Shown: positions 53,776 to 62,082 of the stretch, one piece after another
How the letters are laid out: every line of letters starts with the position of its first letter
Position numbering within the stretch: position 1 is the first letter of the stretch
Origin: a virus
IMG/VR virus record: IMGVR_UViG_3300045988_122291
Span: 32,001 to 96,000 of that record
Length of the DNA stretch: 64,000 bases
Reading direction: 5' to 3' (one strand)
Notes under the pieces: model-generated
What the model saw: only the letters and a program-made list of their open reading frames with translations
What the model was told of the DNA's origin: nothing
The model's database searches: none
Made by a program: the position numbers and the translations under genes

Positions 53776-54828
53776 TTAATCTTCTACAACAATTCCCATA
53801 TCACAAGCAAAAGTTACAAGCTGATTGTAGATATTCTCAAGTTCAACGAGATTGTCATTAGTACATTCGCTAATCTTGTGACCTTCACCAAGTTCAATGG
53901 CAACAACTTCCTTAACCTTCTCTGGATACTTATGACCAACAGCGGCAAAGTAAGGCTTAATCATAGCAATCCATGTATCCTTGTCATAGCCGTCATGGCT
54001 TTCAGTCCAGTCAGACAGTTCAGCGCCTTCTTCCTTTGCGGAACGCTCAATAGCCTTAGTGATGGCTTCTTCAAGTCCCTTTGCAGTAAACGGCTTAATA
54101 TAAGTCTGTACAGCATAACGAGAACGAGCGAATACGGTCTTTGTTTGCTTACAAATAGCGGTAGAAGGAATTACGTCACCATTTTCATCAATGCCGTTTG
54201 GCTTTAGATAAAAACAGAAATCGCAAATATCACGGACAAAACGAGTAGAGGACTTGATATTATTAGTGCCCTTTGGCTGAGTAAACTCAAACTTCTCGCC
54301 AGAAATCTCGTCAGCGACTTCAATCTTTTCTTCGTGACCAATAAATACAACTGTATAGCCAACAGAACATAGACGGTTAATCTGTGTGCGGAAATCCTTA
54401 CGATAAATAGAATAGCCATTCTGCTTACCAGTAATCTCACTTAGGTCGCGTACACCAAATTCTTGACAAACAGAATTTTCAGCCAGCTCTACGAGGTTTT
54501 CAACGGGGTCAATAACGATTGTCTGGAATTTACGTTGCATAACCTTCCAAGATTCAATCTTCTCTCCCTTATTCTCTGGGTCATCAATCAGCTTATCATT
54601 GACAAGCTGATTGACAAAATCCTTAAATACACTCCAACGAGTGACTGGGGTCTTATAACATTTTACGCCATTACCACCCGGCTCAAGCATAAGCAACAGT
54701 GGCTTGGGAAGTTTAGAACAAACATAGCTTTTGCCTGTACCATTTGTTCCGTATAGATAAATTTTCTGACCCTTAATAGAACCAACGATTGATTCTTCTT
54801 CAAGGTCTAATAGATTAACTTTAGCCAT
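53776..54828 (-). CDS. AAA_24 / Sak4-like RecA-fold ATPase
   Basis: Walker A YLYGTNGTGKS. Walker B-like TIVIDPV. Confidence 0.6.
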   Translation of the reverse strand: MAKVNLLDLEEESIVGSIKGQKIYLYGTNGTGKSYVCSKLPKPLLLMLEPGGNGVKCYKTPVTRWSVFKDFVNQLVNDKLIDDPENKGEKIESWKVMQRKFQTIVIDPVENLVELAENSVCQEFGVRDLSEITGKQNGYSIYRKDFRTQINRLCSVGYTVVFIGHEEKIEVADEISGEKFEFTQPKGTNNIKSSTRFVRDICDFCFYLKPNGIDENGDVIPSTAICKQTKTVFARSRYAVQTYIKPFTAKGLEEAITKAIERSAKEEGAELSDWTESHDGYDKDTWIAMIKPYFAAVGHKYPEKVKEVVAIELGEGHKISECTNDNLVELENIYNQLVTFACDMGIVVED

Positions 54829-54845
54829 TGGATTTCACCTCTTGA

Positions 54846-55958
54846 TTAAAAGTCAATGTTGTCAATGTCGTATGGGTCGCCATCTGGCACTGGGTCAGCA
54901 ATCGGCTTCTTCTTCTGAGCGGACGCAGTTGCCTTTGCCTTGGCACGAGCCTTGCTATTGTTAAACGCAGAACCAGAGGTAGGAGTGCTATTCTGCTGTG
55001 GCTTACCCTTAATTGCTTCAGCTTCAAGCTCTTCAATCTTTCCCTTGCGAACCTTTAGAGCCGCCTTGATAGTTTCTGGGTCAAGCCACATAGTCTCAAT
55101 AGCGACTTCATTACCCTCTTCATCGGTATAGGTCTTTTCTTCTGGCTCTTCGACCTGCATTGGGTCAATCTCACGCAGAACCATAATGCTACGATACATA
55201 GAGTTATTATTCTCGGACGGGTCATCGCCAGTACGAGCCTTCTTGCCAATAACACGACCCTTAGTGGGCTTCTTAACTTCGACCTGCTGACCCATAGCAT
55301 TAACAAGCTCCATCTTTAGATTAGAACGAGTCTGTGCTGGCTCAAAAGCGTCAAAATCGCTGTCACCTTCGAGGATAAGTTCACCAGCATCTTCATCGGT
55401 GGTAATCTCAATCGGGAATACCTCGCCATTGTAGGTAACGCCAAGCATCTTAATCAGTGCTCGACCTGTTTCCTCATCATTCACAATCTCAGGAGCAACC
55501 TTAGTTACAAAACCGTTCTTTAGATTGATGTTAAAGAAATCTTCTGTATCGTCTGGTACGTTAGTAGACGCAGAGCGAATATTGTAACGCAGAGAATAAC
55601 CTGCCTTCTTCTCCTTGTAGGAAGGATAATCATTCGGCTGAATCTCGCCCTTAATGCGGACGCGAGTAGCCGGAATATTGGAATTTCCGTTAATCATCGG
55701 ATTCCACTCAAGCATAGACTGTGCCATGCCCCACTGACGCGCTTCACCGCCATCATAGCCGACAGAAGGGAAGTATGCGCGAATAGTAGTAATCAGATTA
55801 TTGGTCTTAATCGCCACAGTACCACGAACTACCTGACACGGTACAGTTTCCTGACCGTGGTTAATCTTCTGCGTGCCATCAACCAGTTCAAGGTTCAACT
55901 CGCTTACAGTTCCTACACAAGCAAATACAAAATCAGTCTTATTCAGCGTTGTTTCCAT
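54846..55958 (-). CDS. putative ssDNA-binding protein
   Basis: Lies between the AAA_24 ATPase and other replication genes. Basic linker followed by an acidic C-terminal tail ..DPYDIDNIDF, reminiscent of SSB tails. Confidence 0.35.
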   Translation of the reverse strand: METTLNKTDFVFACVGTVSELNLELVDGTQKINHGQETVPCQVVRGTVAIKTNNLITTIRAYFPSVGYDGGEARQWGMAQSMLEWNPMINGNSNIPATRVRIKGEIQPNDYPSYKEKKAGYSLRYNIRSASTNVPDDTEDFFNINLKNGFVTKVAPEIVNDEETGRALIKMLGVTYNGEVFPIEITTDEDAGELILEGDSDFDAFEPAQTRSNLKMELVNAMGQQVEVKKPTKGRVIGKKARTGDDPSENNNSMYRSIMVLREIDPMQVEEPEEKTYTDEEGNEVAIETMWLDPETIKAALKVRKGKIEELEAEAIKGKPQQNSTPTSGSAFNNSKARAKAKATASAQKKKPIADPVPDGDPYDIDNIDF

Positions 55959-56012
55959 AAATAAATCTCCTTAAATAAATGAAAATAAATATTATAAGCG
56001 GGTTAAACCCGA

Positions 56013-56264
56013 TTATTCCTTGTTTGCCACAATATCTTCGATAGAAGCCATTGCTTTAAGCGTCTTGTTGTCCATGTTTAGCTTCTTCTGAATACGTTCA
56101 GCTTCGGCATTGAAATACTCGATAGCGTCCTTCTTATTCATTTTGTTGGCGATGCGCTTAGAAGCAATCATCGCCGCACAATAGCCAATAAGAATGCCAA
56201 TGTTACGTTGTTCGGTGAAACGCTTGGTTAGTTCTTTCTTTAGTACAATCTGAAACTCGTCCAT
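56013..56264 (-). CDS. hypothetical protein
   Basis: Co-directional ORF. Confidence 0.4.
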   Translation of the reverse strand: MDEFQIVLKKELTKRFTEQRNIGILIGYCAAMIASKRIANKMNKKDAIEYFNAEAERIQKKLNMDNKTLKAMASIEDIVANKE

Positions 56265-56761
56265 TACTGCACCTTCTTTAGACCCTTTCGACCAACAAGA
56301 AAATACTTCTTGCTCAATTCATTAACAATTAGATAGACTTCCTTAGTCTGTTCAAAAACAGCGGAATCAACAACACGAAATGTACCAGAATCATAATTTG
56401 ACAGTCTACCGCCCCAATCAAGAAGAATATCATTTGCCAACTTTGTATTACCTAAGTCGCGCTGTGCATTAGCAAACGTAACAATCCAATCACGAGCCGT
56501 TGGGTAACACCAACCATTGTCTGCCACTGTTACCTCATCAGTAACCATAATCTCGTCCTTATGCTCAAAGTAGTCATTTAGTACCCAACCAGCGTCAAAC
56601 TTATCGTCTGGATGGCACTTGTAACTCTTACTCTTATCGCGGTTTTTCTTGTAGAAATGCACTGCGTCCTCAAAGCCAACAGGAGTAATAACGGTTTCAT
56701 TACCGTTAATTGTCAGCATAAAACCTCCTTCAATTTCATAAGGTGCTTTGTTCTTGTCCAT
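56264..56761 (-). CDS. hypothetical protein
   Basis: Co-directional ORF. Confidence 0.4.
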   Translation of the reverse strand: MDKNKAPYEIEGGFMLTINGNETVITPVGFEDAVHFYKKNRDKSKSYKCHPDDKFDAGWVLNDYFEHKDEIMVTDEVTVADNGWCYPTARDWIVTFANAQRDLGNTKLANDILLDWGGRLSNYDSGTFRVVDSAVFEQTKEVYLIVNELSKKYFLVGRKGLKKVQ

Positions 56762-56791
56762 TGTTTTTACCTCCGTTTTGTTGTTTGTATT

Positions 56792-58048
56792 TTATAATGC
56801 CCCACAAATTTTTCTCCTTTCAGTCAAAAACGAAGTTTTTGTACTTACAAAAAGAAGATTTTTATAATTTATAGAGCCATTATTTACTTTAATTCCTGTA
56901 AGATTCCGAATATCAAAATATCCACTGTTTCTTCTTCCGAAAACAAAATATTCTTCACCTTTGTATTTAACTTTATCAAATAATCTAAAACCTTTAACAA
57001 AATACGGTGCTTGATTGTTTTTTCTAAGCCCTCCTTTGTAAATTTTTTGCTTGTGTATTTTTCTGTTATGACATCTAACCTTTTTTTGAAAATAATAATA
57101 TCCAAGAGATTGTGCATTTGGATTACCACTAATACAACGAGCATCTATATAATGTCCTTTTGGTAAATTATGCGAAATTCTAACTCGCTTAGTAATATAT
57201 CCATAAGTTTCTTGCACACTTGAATATTTTTTCTTTAATTCAAGAATTAAAGTTTTCTTCATAACGTTCATAAAAGTAGCATCTCTAAAAGATTTTCCGC
57301 TACAAACTGTATTTGGTAATTTAATCAAACCTTTATGATAGTCTCTGTGACATGATTTGCATAAAGTAACTAAATTACTTGGAGAATTGCCACCAGTTTT
57401 GCGAGACTTAATATGATGAACATTTAAGATTTGGTCTTTAGACTTGCCTTTGCAACATTGACAAGTATGATTATCTCTAAATAATACATATTCTCTTACG
57501 TTCCAAAAGCCTTCTTGCTCTCCATGCTGATACTCTGTATTACTAATATTTGGATTTTTGAGTTTTTGAGTGTCAAAAGAAGCTACTTCAACAATTATAT
57601 TCTTGATAGGAAGAATGTGACAAATATTGTCAATAACTGTTAAATGTGTTTGTACCTTTTGCTTAACGCTCGGTGCTAACCACCCCTTCTTTTTTGAAGA
57701 AACGCGATTATTAAATCTTGGCTTTCGATACCTCGTTTTTCTATATCTTCGTGCTCTTCGACATTCTTTTCGAGAAGAAAGCAAATTAACAATATCATTT
57801 CTCAACTCGATTTCTGCTTCATACATTACTTTTGTTTGAGTAGAAGCAGATGCTCCAATATACTTGCTCCCTGCATCAATTCCCAAACTAATATTTTGAA
57901 CATATTTAGTAGAATTATACAAAAGTTGTATAACAAATGGACATCGTTTTATTACTTTAGCTTTTCCTTCTTTTAGCAAACGTCTAACTTTACCATGTCT
58001 GGAAGTAGGCATAAGGGGATTGCCTTGAGCGTCTAAAACATAAACCAT
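56792..58048 (-). CDS. iscB: IscB (OMEGA-family RNA-guided nuclease: PLMP, RuvC and HNH)
   Basis: MVYVLDAQGNPLMPTSRHGKVRRLLKEGKAKVIKRCPFVIQL (PLMP/RRXRR N-terminus). RuvC-I LGIDAGSKYIG. HNH CQCCKG..LNVHHIKSRKTGGNSPSNLVTLCKSCH. 418 aa. Confidence 0.8.
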   Translation of the reverse strand: MVYVLDAQGNPLMPTSRHGKVRRLLKEGKAKVIKRCPFVIQLLYNSTKYVQNISLGIDAGSKYIGASASTQTKVMYEAEIELRNDIVNLLSSRKECRRARRYRKTRYRKPRFNNRVSSKKKGWLAPSVKQKVQTHLTVIDNICHILPIKNIIVEVASFDTQKLKNPNISNTEYQHGEQEGFWNVREYVLFRDNHTCQCCKGKSKDQILNVHHIKSRKTGGNSPSNLVTLCKSCHRDYHKGLIKLPNTVCSGKSFRDATFMNVMKKTLILELKKKYSSVQETYGYITKRVRISHNLPKGHYIDARCISGNPNAQSLGYYYFQKKVRCHNRKIHKQKIYKGGLRKNNQAPYFVKGFRLFDKVKYKGEEYFVFGRRNSGYFDIRNLTGIKVNNGSINYKNLLFVSTKTSFLTERRKICGAL

Positions 58049-58244
58049 TATTTACCTCACTTATCAAATAAGTAATTCAGACAAAAGTCTGTTGTGTAAC
58101 CTTCGCCAATGTTGTAATAGCTTTTTACATTTAGCACACTGATTTAATGCCAAACAATAGAGCAAAGGACTAAGTTAAACATCCTTTGGTATTATAACTA
58201 AAACAACGTAGTCATTAAAGACTTAGGCTAATTAGAACTCTTAT
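58049..58244 (-). ncRNA. candidate IscB omega RNA scaffold
   Basis: A 196-nt non-coding gap lies immediately 5' of iscB, which is where IscB omega RNAs are encoded. No covariance model was run. Confidence 0.35.
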
Positions 58245-59081
58245 TCAGAAAACAAGAGTTCTAATAGCTTCGTTAATCTGATTCTGTTCATGCTTAATGT
58301 AACGAGTAGTAGTAGCGATAGAATTATGTCCCAACATTGCACTAATAGTTGCTACACCTACGCCATTAGCATTAGCAATAGTAGCCGCTCCCGCTCTAAG
58401 CGCATGATTAGTGATTTCATTCCAGAACGGAATGCCAGCACGCTTTGCGGTCAACTTCAGCATCTTGTTAAGATTGCTATTATCAAGATGTTCACCACGT
58501 TCAGAAGTGAAAAGATACTCACCATCTGCACGTTCAAACTTGATATAGTTATCAATGCTTTCCTTTGCCTGTTCGTTGATGTAAATCGTGCGTTCCTTCG
58601 CACCCTTGCCGAGAATAACAATCTGATTGTCAATCATGTTATTGTAATCCTCAAAAGTGATAGAAGTCAGTTCACTAAAACGAAGTCCGGTAGAGCAATA
58701 CAGAGCAATAACTGCAACATCTCTGAACTTTTTGCAGTTATGAAGCATCTTGCTTACGTCCTCTGCGGAGATATAATGCTTTTCCTTGTTCTTAATCTTA
58801 GGAGAAGTAAAGTCAAGAGCAGGATTCTCATTGATAACCTTGGCAGAAGTCAGAAACTTGAAGTAATTTCTAACTGCACTAATCTGGATATTCATGGATG
58901 CGGTAGACAGATTGCTGATAGACGCTTTCCATGCGGTCAAGTCGAGGAAAGTGATTTCTTCGACAGGCTTGTTAACGAACGCCAGCATCTTATCTACATA
59001 AAGCAGATAATTCTTGATAGTGTTTTTGGATTTCTTATCAGCTACCAGAGAAGCCTTGTAATACTCGTTAATGTTAGTCAT
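58245..59081 (-). CDS. tyrosine recombinase / integrase (XerC/D-like)
   Basis: ATG at 59081 after GAAGGAGAG. Catalytic-region pattern ALYCSTGLRFSEL, NHALRAGAAT, LGHNSIATTTRYI. Confidence 0.75.
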   Translation of the reverse strand: MTNINEYYKASLVADKKSKNTIKNYLLYVDKMLAFVNKPVEEITFLDLTAWKASISNLSTASMNIQISAVRNYFKFLTSAKVINENPALDFTSPKIKNKEKHYISAEDVSKMLHNCKKFRDVAVIALYCSTGLRFSELTSITFEDYNNMIDNQIVILGKGAKERTIYINEQAKESIDNYIKFERADGEYLFTSERGEHLDNSNLNKMLKLTAKRAGIPFWNEITNHALRAGAATIANANGVGVATISAMLGHNSIATTTRYIKHEQNQINEAIRTLVF

Positions 59082-59113
59082 TTGAAATCTCTCCTTCGTT
59101 TCTTGATGTATGT

Positions 59114-59142
59114 ATTGTAACATGGTACAAGCCAAAAGTCAA
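59114..59142 (-). promoter_or_regulatory. sigma-A-type promoter (TTGACT-17-TGtTACAAT) for the recombinase
   Basis: -35 at 59137-59142, 17-nt spacer, -10 at 59114-59119. Confidence 0.6.
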
Positions 59143-59150
59143 TAGATTTT

Positions 59151-59205
59151 TCAAAAAAATCAGAAAAGAATTTCCCGACTCATACATGGCAAGATGAGTC
59201 GGGAA
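59151..59205 (-). terminator. intrinsic terminator ending the tRNA transcription unit
   Basis: 12-bp stem TTCCCGACTCAT/ATGAGTCGGGAA followed on the minus strand by ATTCTTTTCTGATTTTTTTG. Confidence 0.7.
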
Positions 59206-59336
59206 TTATGGAGGTGAAAAACCATGAAGAACGAAGCCTTCTATGGCACAGATATGGTTGGCACAAGACTTAGGACTTTAACCTAAACGAACAGTTTTGG
59301 AGACTGTCATGCTAACAATTACATCAGTCTTGCATA

Positions 59337-59411
59337 TGGAGCGCTATGGCGTAATCGAAACGCTATCTTCAGTTTGGAAAACTGAGGTTCTTACCGTTAA
59401 ACTAATAGCGC
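59337..59411 (-). tRNA. tRNA-Gly (anticodon UCC), CCA encoded
   Basis: Hand fold: acceptor GCGCTAT/ATAGCGC, anticodon stem TCAGT/ACTGA, loop TTTCCAA, T arm with TTCGATT loop. Confidence 0.7.
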
Positions 59412-59527
59412 AAATTGTCCCGCGACCCAAAGGTACGTCATGTGCACTTGACTTGTTTTCCACTGGGAATCGCAGTACAGTCATGAGCTAAACCGCAATA
59501 AACGTGAACTTAACAAACGGGGAACAT

Positions 59528-59603
59528 TGGTAGCGATGGTGCGATTCGGACGCACGAAATCATGGAGTCAAAGTCCATTGCCTTACCGCTTGGCTACACC
59601 GCT
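59528..59603 (-). tRNA. tRNA-Gln (anticodon UUG), CCA encoded
   Basis: Acceptor AGCGGTG/CATCGCT, anticodon stem ATGGA/TCCAT, loop CTTTGAC, T stem GTGCG/CGCAC. The variable region looks 1 nt long in my fold. Confidence 0.65.
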
Positions 59604-59769
59604 ATATTTCTCCTACGATGACGGGTCGCAGGAGAGAAATATGAAATTATGCCGACACGTTTGAGCGTGTCTATTAAATTGTTTGTCTGCCGTACCAGAC
59701 GATGTGTGTGGAATGTATATTTTTATTTTCTGCACTTAATACAAAAAATTTACCTTGTACGGAAGGCAT

Positions 59770-59845
59770 TGGTCTCCCATCGCAGGCTCGAACTGCGGAC
59801 TTCTTGATTAAAAGTCAAGTGCTCTACCAACTGAGCTAATGGAAG
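59770..59845 (-). tRNA. tRNA-Lys (anticodon UUU), CCA encoded
   Basis: Acceptor CTTCCAT/ATGGGAG, D arm GCTCAGTTGGTAGAGC, anticodon loop CTTTTAA, T arm CGCAG-TTCGAGC-CTGCG. Confidence 0.8.
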
Positions 59846-59872
59846 ATTTGATTGGGGCAAATGCCCCATCAC

Positions 59873-59977
59873 TTATCGTAGATTGTAACGGTCTACACCG
59901 CGCATATTCTTCTGCATCTCAAGATTTGCTTCATAGAGACCACGGAAGAAATGCTTAATATTGCTCTTAACACCCAT
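59873..59977 (-). CDS. 34-aa ORF (below the track cut-off)
   Basis: Strong SD TAGGAGGTGATACCG-ATG directly downstream of a consensus promoter. MGVKSNIKHFFRGLYEANLEMQKNMRGVDRYNLR. Confidence 0.4.
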   Translation of the reverse strand: MGVKSNIKHFFRGLYEANLEMQKNMRGVDRYNLR

Positions 59978-60001
59978 CGGTATCACCTCCTAACATTATC
60001 T

Positions 60002-60030
60002 ATTGTATCACACTTATCTCATTTTGTCAA
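60002..60030 (-). promoter_or_regulatory. sigma-A-type promoter (TTGACA-17-TGaTACAAT)
   Basis: Overlaps the 3' end of the sigma-factor gene. Confidence 0.6.
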
Positions 60031-60628
60031 GTGTTTTTAGAATTTTTTCGATATAAATTTTTCTTTCAGCGTCATCGTCACTATAACGTTTTACATATCT
60101 GGAATTGCGCTTATAATAATCTCGCAAATTTCTCACAACAGCAGAACATCTACTAAAAGAAACACCTGTATCTTCGCTTAGTTCTCGGCACGTTTTATTC
60201 TCAATTCTACCAAGTAAAACTTTAAGCGTTGTCAATGGTAGTTTTTCGATAAACCATTCTGCCCATATCTTCCCCAGCGCTTCAGCTTCAGTATTTTGCT
60301 TAGAAGCAATAAATTCTTCTAAAGCATATGTTGCTTTTTCGCTGACCGAAGAAACTTCTGCGCTTAAAGAAAGTGTTTCCATGCCAAATAAGCTATCATG
60401 TCTCATTACACTGCGTATACTATTAAGCATACATTTATAAGCAAGCGTAGAAAATTTTGTTGTGCCATTAAAAGTTAATGCCGCTTTGCACAATCCAATA
60501 GCACAAATATCATACCATTCGTTGATACTTAGAGCTTGATTATTCAAAAAAGAATAAATTAGATTGTGGTTTTCTTCTACCAGCTTTCTTTGTTCATTAT
60601 TCAGTTTTGAAATTTTTGTTTCGCGCAT
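60014..60628 (-). CDS. sigma-70 family RNA polymerase sigma factor
   Basis: Region-2-like KLVEENHNLIYSFL...DICAIGLCKAA. C-terminal HTH CRELSEDTGVSFSRCSAVVRNL (region 4). Confidence 0.55.
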   Translation of the reverse strand: MRETKISKLNNEQRKLVEENHNLIYSFLNNQALSINEWYDICAIGLCKAALTFNGTTKFSTLAYKCMLNSIRSVMRHDSLFGMETLSLSAEVSSVSEKATYALEEFIASKQNTEAEALGKIWAEWFIEKLPLTTLKVLLGRIENKTCRELSEDTGVSFSRCSAVVRNLRDYYKRNSRYVKRYSDDDAERKIYIEKILKTLDKMR

Positions 60629-60652
60629 AAGTATCTTCCTTTTAATTTTTAG

Positions 60653-60726
60653 TGGAGCGAATGACGGGTACTGCCCCCGCGTCCTCAGTTTGGGAAACTA
60701 AAATTCTACTATTGAACTACATCCGC
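60653..60726 (-). tRNA. tRNA-Gly-like (anticodon CCC) with a non-canonical T loop
   Basis: Acceptor GCGGATG/CATTCGC plus TCCA, anticodon loop TTCCCAA. The T arm GCGGG-GGCAGTA-CCCGT lacks the TTC consensus. Confidence 0.45.
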
Positions 60727-60824
60727 ATATGATAACAGGGAACGAGTTAGAAAGAAGGTATGTCAAAAGAAGGAGAAAAAATCTCGTTCCCTGTTATTTA
60801 CTTATGTTTATTATGTTTTAGAAG

Positions 60825-60968
60825 TTATCGCTTAAACTTCGGCAGAAGGTTATGATTTGCGTCCTCAAGCATATTCTGCACTGCAAGGTCATACTTCTGC
60901 TTCTCGGTCATAGGCTTGTTCTTCTTTTCGTTTTCCTTTGCTCGGCGGTTATTCTTAGCCATTTTCAT
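60825..60968 (-). CDS. about 46-aa basic ORF (below the track cut-off)
   Basis: GAAAGGAA SD upstream. MKMAKNNRRAKENEKKNKPMTEKQKYDLAVQNMLEDANHNLLPKFKR. Confidence 0.35.
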   Translation of the reverse strand: MKMAKNNRRAKENEKKNKPMTEKQKYDLAVQNMLEDANHNLLPKFKR

Positions 60969-60984
60969 TTCGTTCCTTTCAAAA

Positions 60985-61626
60985 TCAGTTTACAATGTAC
61001 ACATTACGATATTGTACACCAAGGTTGCTTGCTTCAGACTTAGAGCCTACTGCAATATCAATAATGTTGCCCTTAATTGCACCGCCTGTATCAGCGCAAT
61101 AAAAAACACCATTAAAACCTTCAATTCTAATCTTAGAGCCAAGAGGAATTACACGAGGGTCAACAGCTACAGTATACCACGGTGTTACTGGTGTACCAAG
61201 AGCAGTAATTGAACCGCCTTCATCGGCTGAGCCTGTGTAGAAAGTACATTTCATACGAGCTACAAGTCGACCACGCTTGGCTTCTTCTGCTTTTCTCTTA
61301 GCTTCTTCTTCAGCCTTGCGCTTTGCTTCTGCTTCGCGTTCAGCATTGAGCGCTTTGTTATAATCTTCTGTTAGTGCTACTACGGTTTCATTATGTTCAT
61401 CCCACTTGTCCTTGGCATGGAGAATAATGAAATCATCTTCTTCTGCTCCCAGAGTTCTTGCACATTCAGCAAGCTGGTGAGCAGTGTTTCGCATTGTGAT
61501 TGCTTCATCGAGATTGGATTTAATCTCCGCACTCGTCTGGCTTGAAGCAAAAGCCGATGTAGAAAGACATACACCAACCATCACTACGGTAGCGAAACTT
61601 TTTGTTAGTTTGTTTCCAAACTTCAT
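60985..61626 (-). CDS. secreted 3D-domain peptidoglycan hydrolase
   Basis: ATG at 61626 gives a signal peptide MKFGNKLTKSFATVVMVGVCLSTSAFA. Coiled-coil EAEAKRKAEEEAKRKAEEAKR. 3D domain CTFYTG...VAVDPRVIPLGSKIRIEGF..FYCADTGGAIKGN.IDI. Confidence 0.65.
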   Translation of the reverse strand: MKFGNKLTKSFATVVMVGVCLSTSAFASSQTSAEIKSNLDEAITMRNTAHQLAECARTLGAEEDDFIILHAKDKWDEHNETVVALTEDYNKALNAEREAEAKRKAEEEAKRKAEEAKRGRLVARMKCTFYTGSADEGGSITALGTPVTPWYTVAVDPRVIPLGSKIRIEGFNGVFYCADTGGAIKGNIIDIAVGSKSEASNLGVQYRNVYIVN

Positions 61627-61673
61627 TGGTATCGCGTCCTTTCGTTTATTTTGGTTTTTGTTCTCTTGAACAA

Positions 61674-61752
61674 TGGTAGCCCGTGTGGTGCTCGAAACCA
61701 CGAAATCTTCCGGTTATGAGCCGGATGCTTTAACCAACTTAGCTAACGGGCT
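61674..61752 (-). tRNA. tRNA with CAU anticodon (Met or lysidine-dependent Ile), CCA encoded
   Basis: Acceptor AGCCCGT/ACGGGCT, anticodon stem TCCGG/CCGGA, loop CTCATAA, T arm GTGGT-TTCGAGC-ACCAC. The variable region is 7 nt in my fold. Confidence 0.65.
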
Positions 61753-61782
61753 ATATATCGAGGGCATATTGCCCTCAGTATT

Positions 61783-61863
61783 TTACTTAGTGCTGTGACG
61801 CTTGGTGCAGTCACCATAACACCATTCTTCAAAGTCTACTGACTTGTCATACTGATAACCCAT
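61783..61863 (-). CDS. 26-aa ORF (below the track cut-off)
   Basis: AAAGGAGGTAAGTATC-ATG directly downstream of a consensus promoter. MGYQYDKSVDFEEWCYGDCTKRHSTK. Confidence 0.35.
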   Translation of the reverse strand: MGYQYDKSVDFEEWCYGDCTKRHSTK

Positions 61864-61891
61864 GATACTTACCTCCTTTGTTCACTTAAAC

Positions 61892-61920
61892 ATTGTATCA
61901 CGACCTTTCGCCGTTGTCAA
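61892..61920 (-). promoter_or_regulatory. sigma-A-type promoter (TTGACA-17-TGaTACAAT)
   Basis: -35 at 61915-61920, 17-nt spacer, -10 at 61892-61897. Confidence 0.6.
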
Positions 61921-62082
61921 GTATAATTTTTAATTTGATATTGCGTACTACTGCAAGAAGCGAAACGAAATTTGTTCTTGTCTCTGTTTATATATGGCTC
62001 TACACTTGGAACAAATATCTGCAAATATTTGTGCGTAGTCGCACCATACGCCGCTCATTTCATACGCTATATCATTTATGTT

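Noticed and set aside
58290-59120. 276-aa + strand ORF
   Set aside because: It lies fully antisense to the tyrosine recombinase gene, which has clear catalytic motifs. It has no SD and its sequence looks low-complexity, so it is a shadow ORF.
61925-62080. 34-aa minus-strand ORF (MSGVWCDYAQIFADICSKC...) and the 104-aa + strand ORF 61893..62207
   Set aside because: Neither has an SD or start context. The + strand ORF runs across the tRNA-like remnant and a promoter. The region is treated as non-coding.
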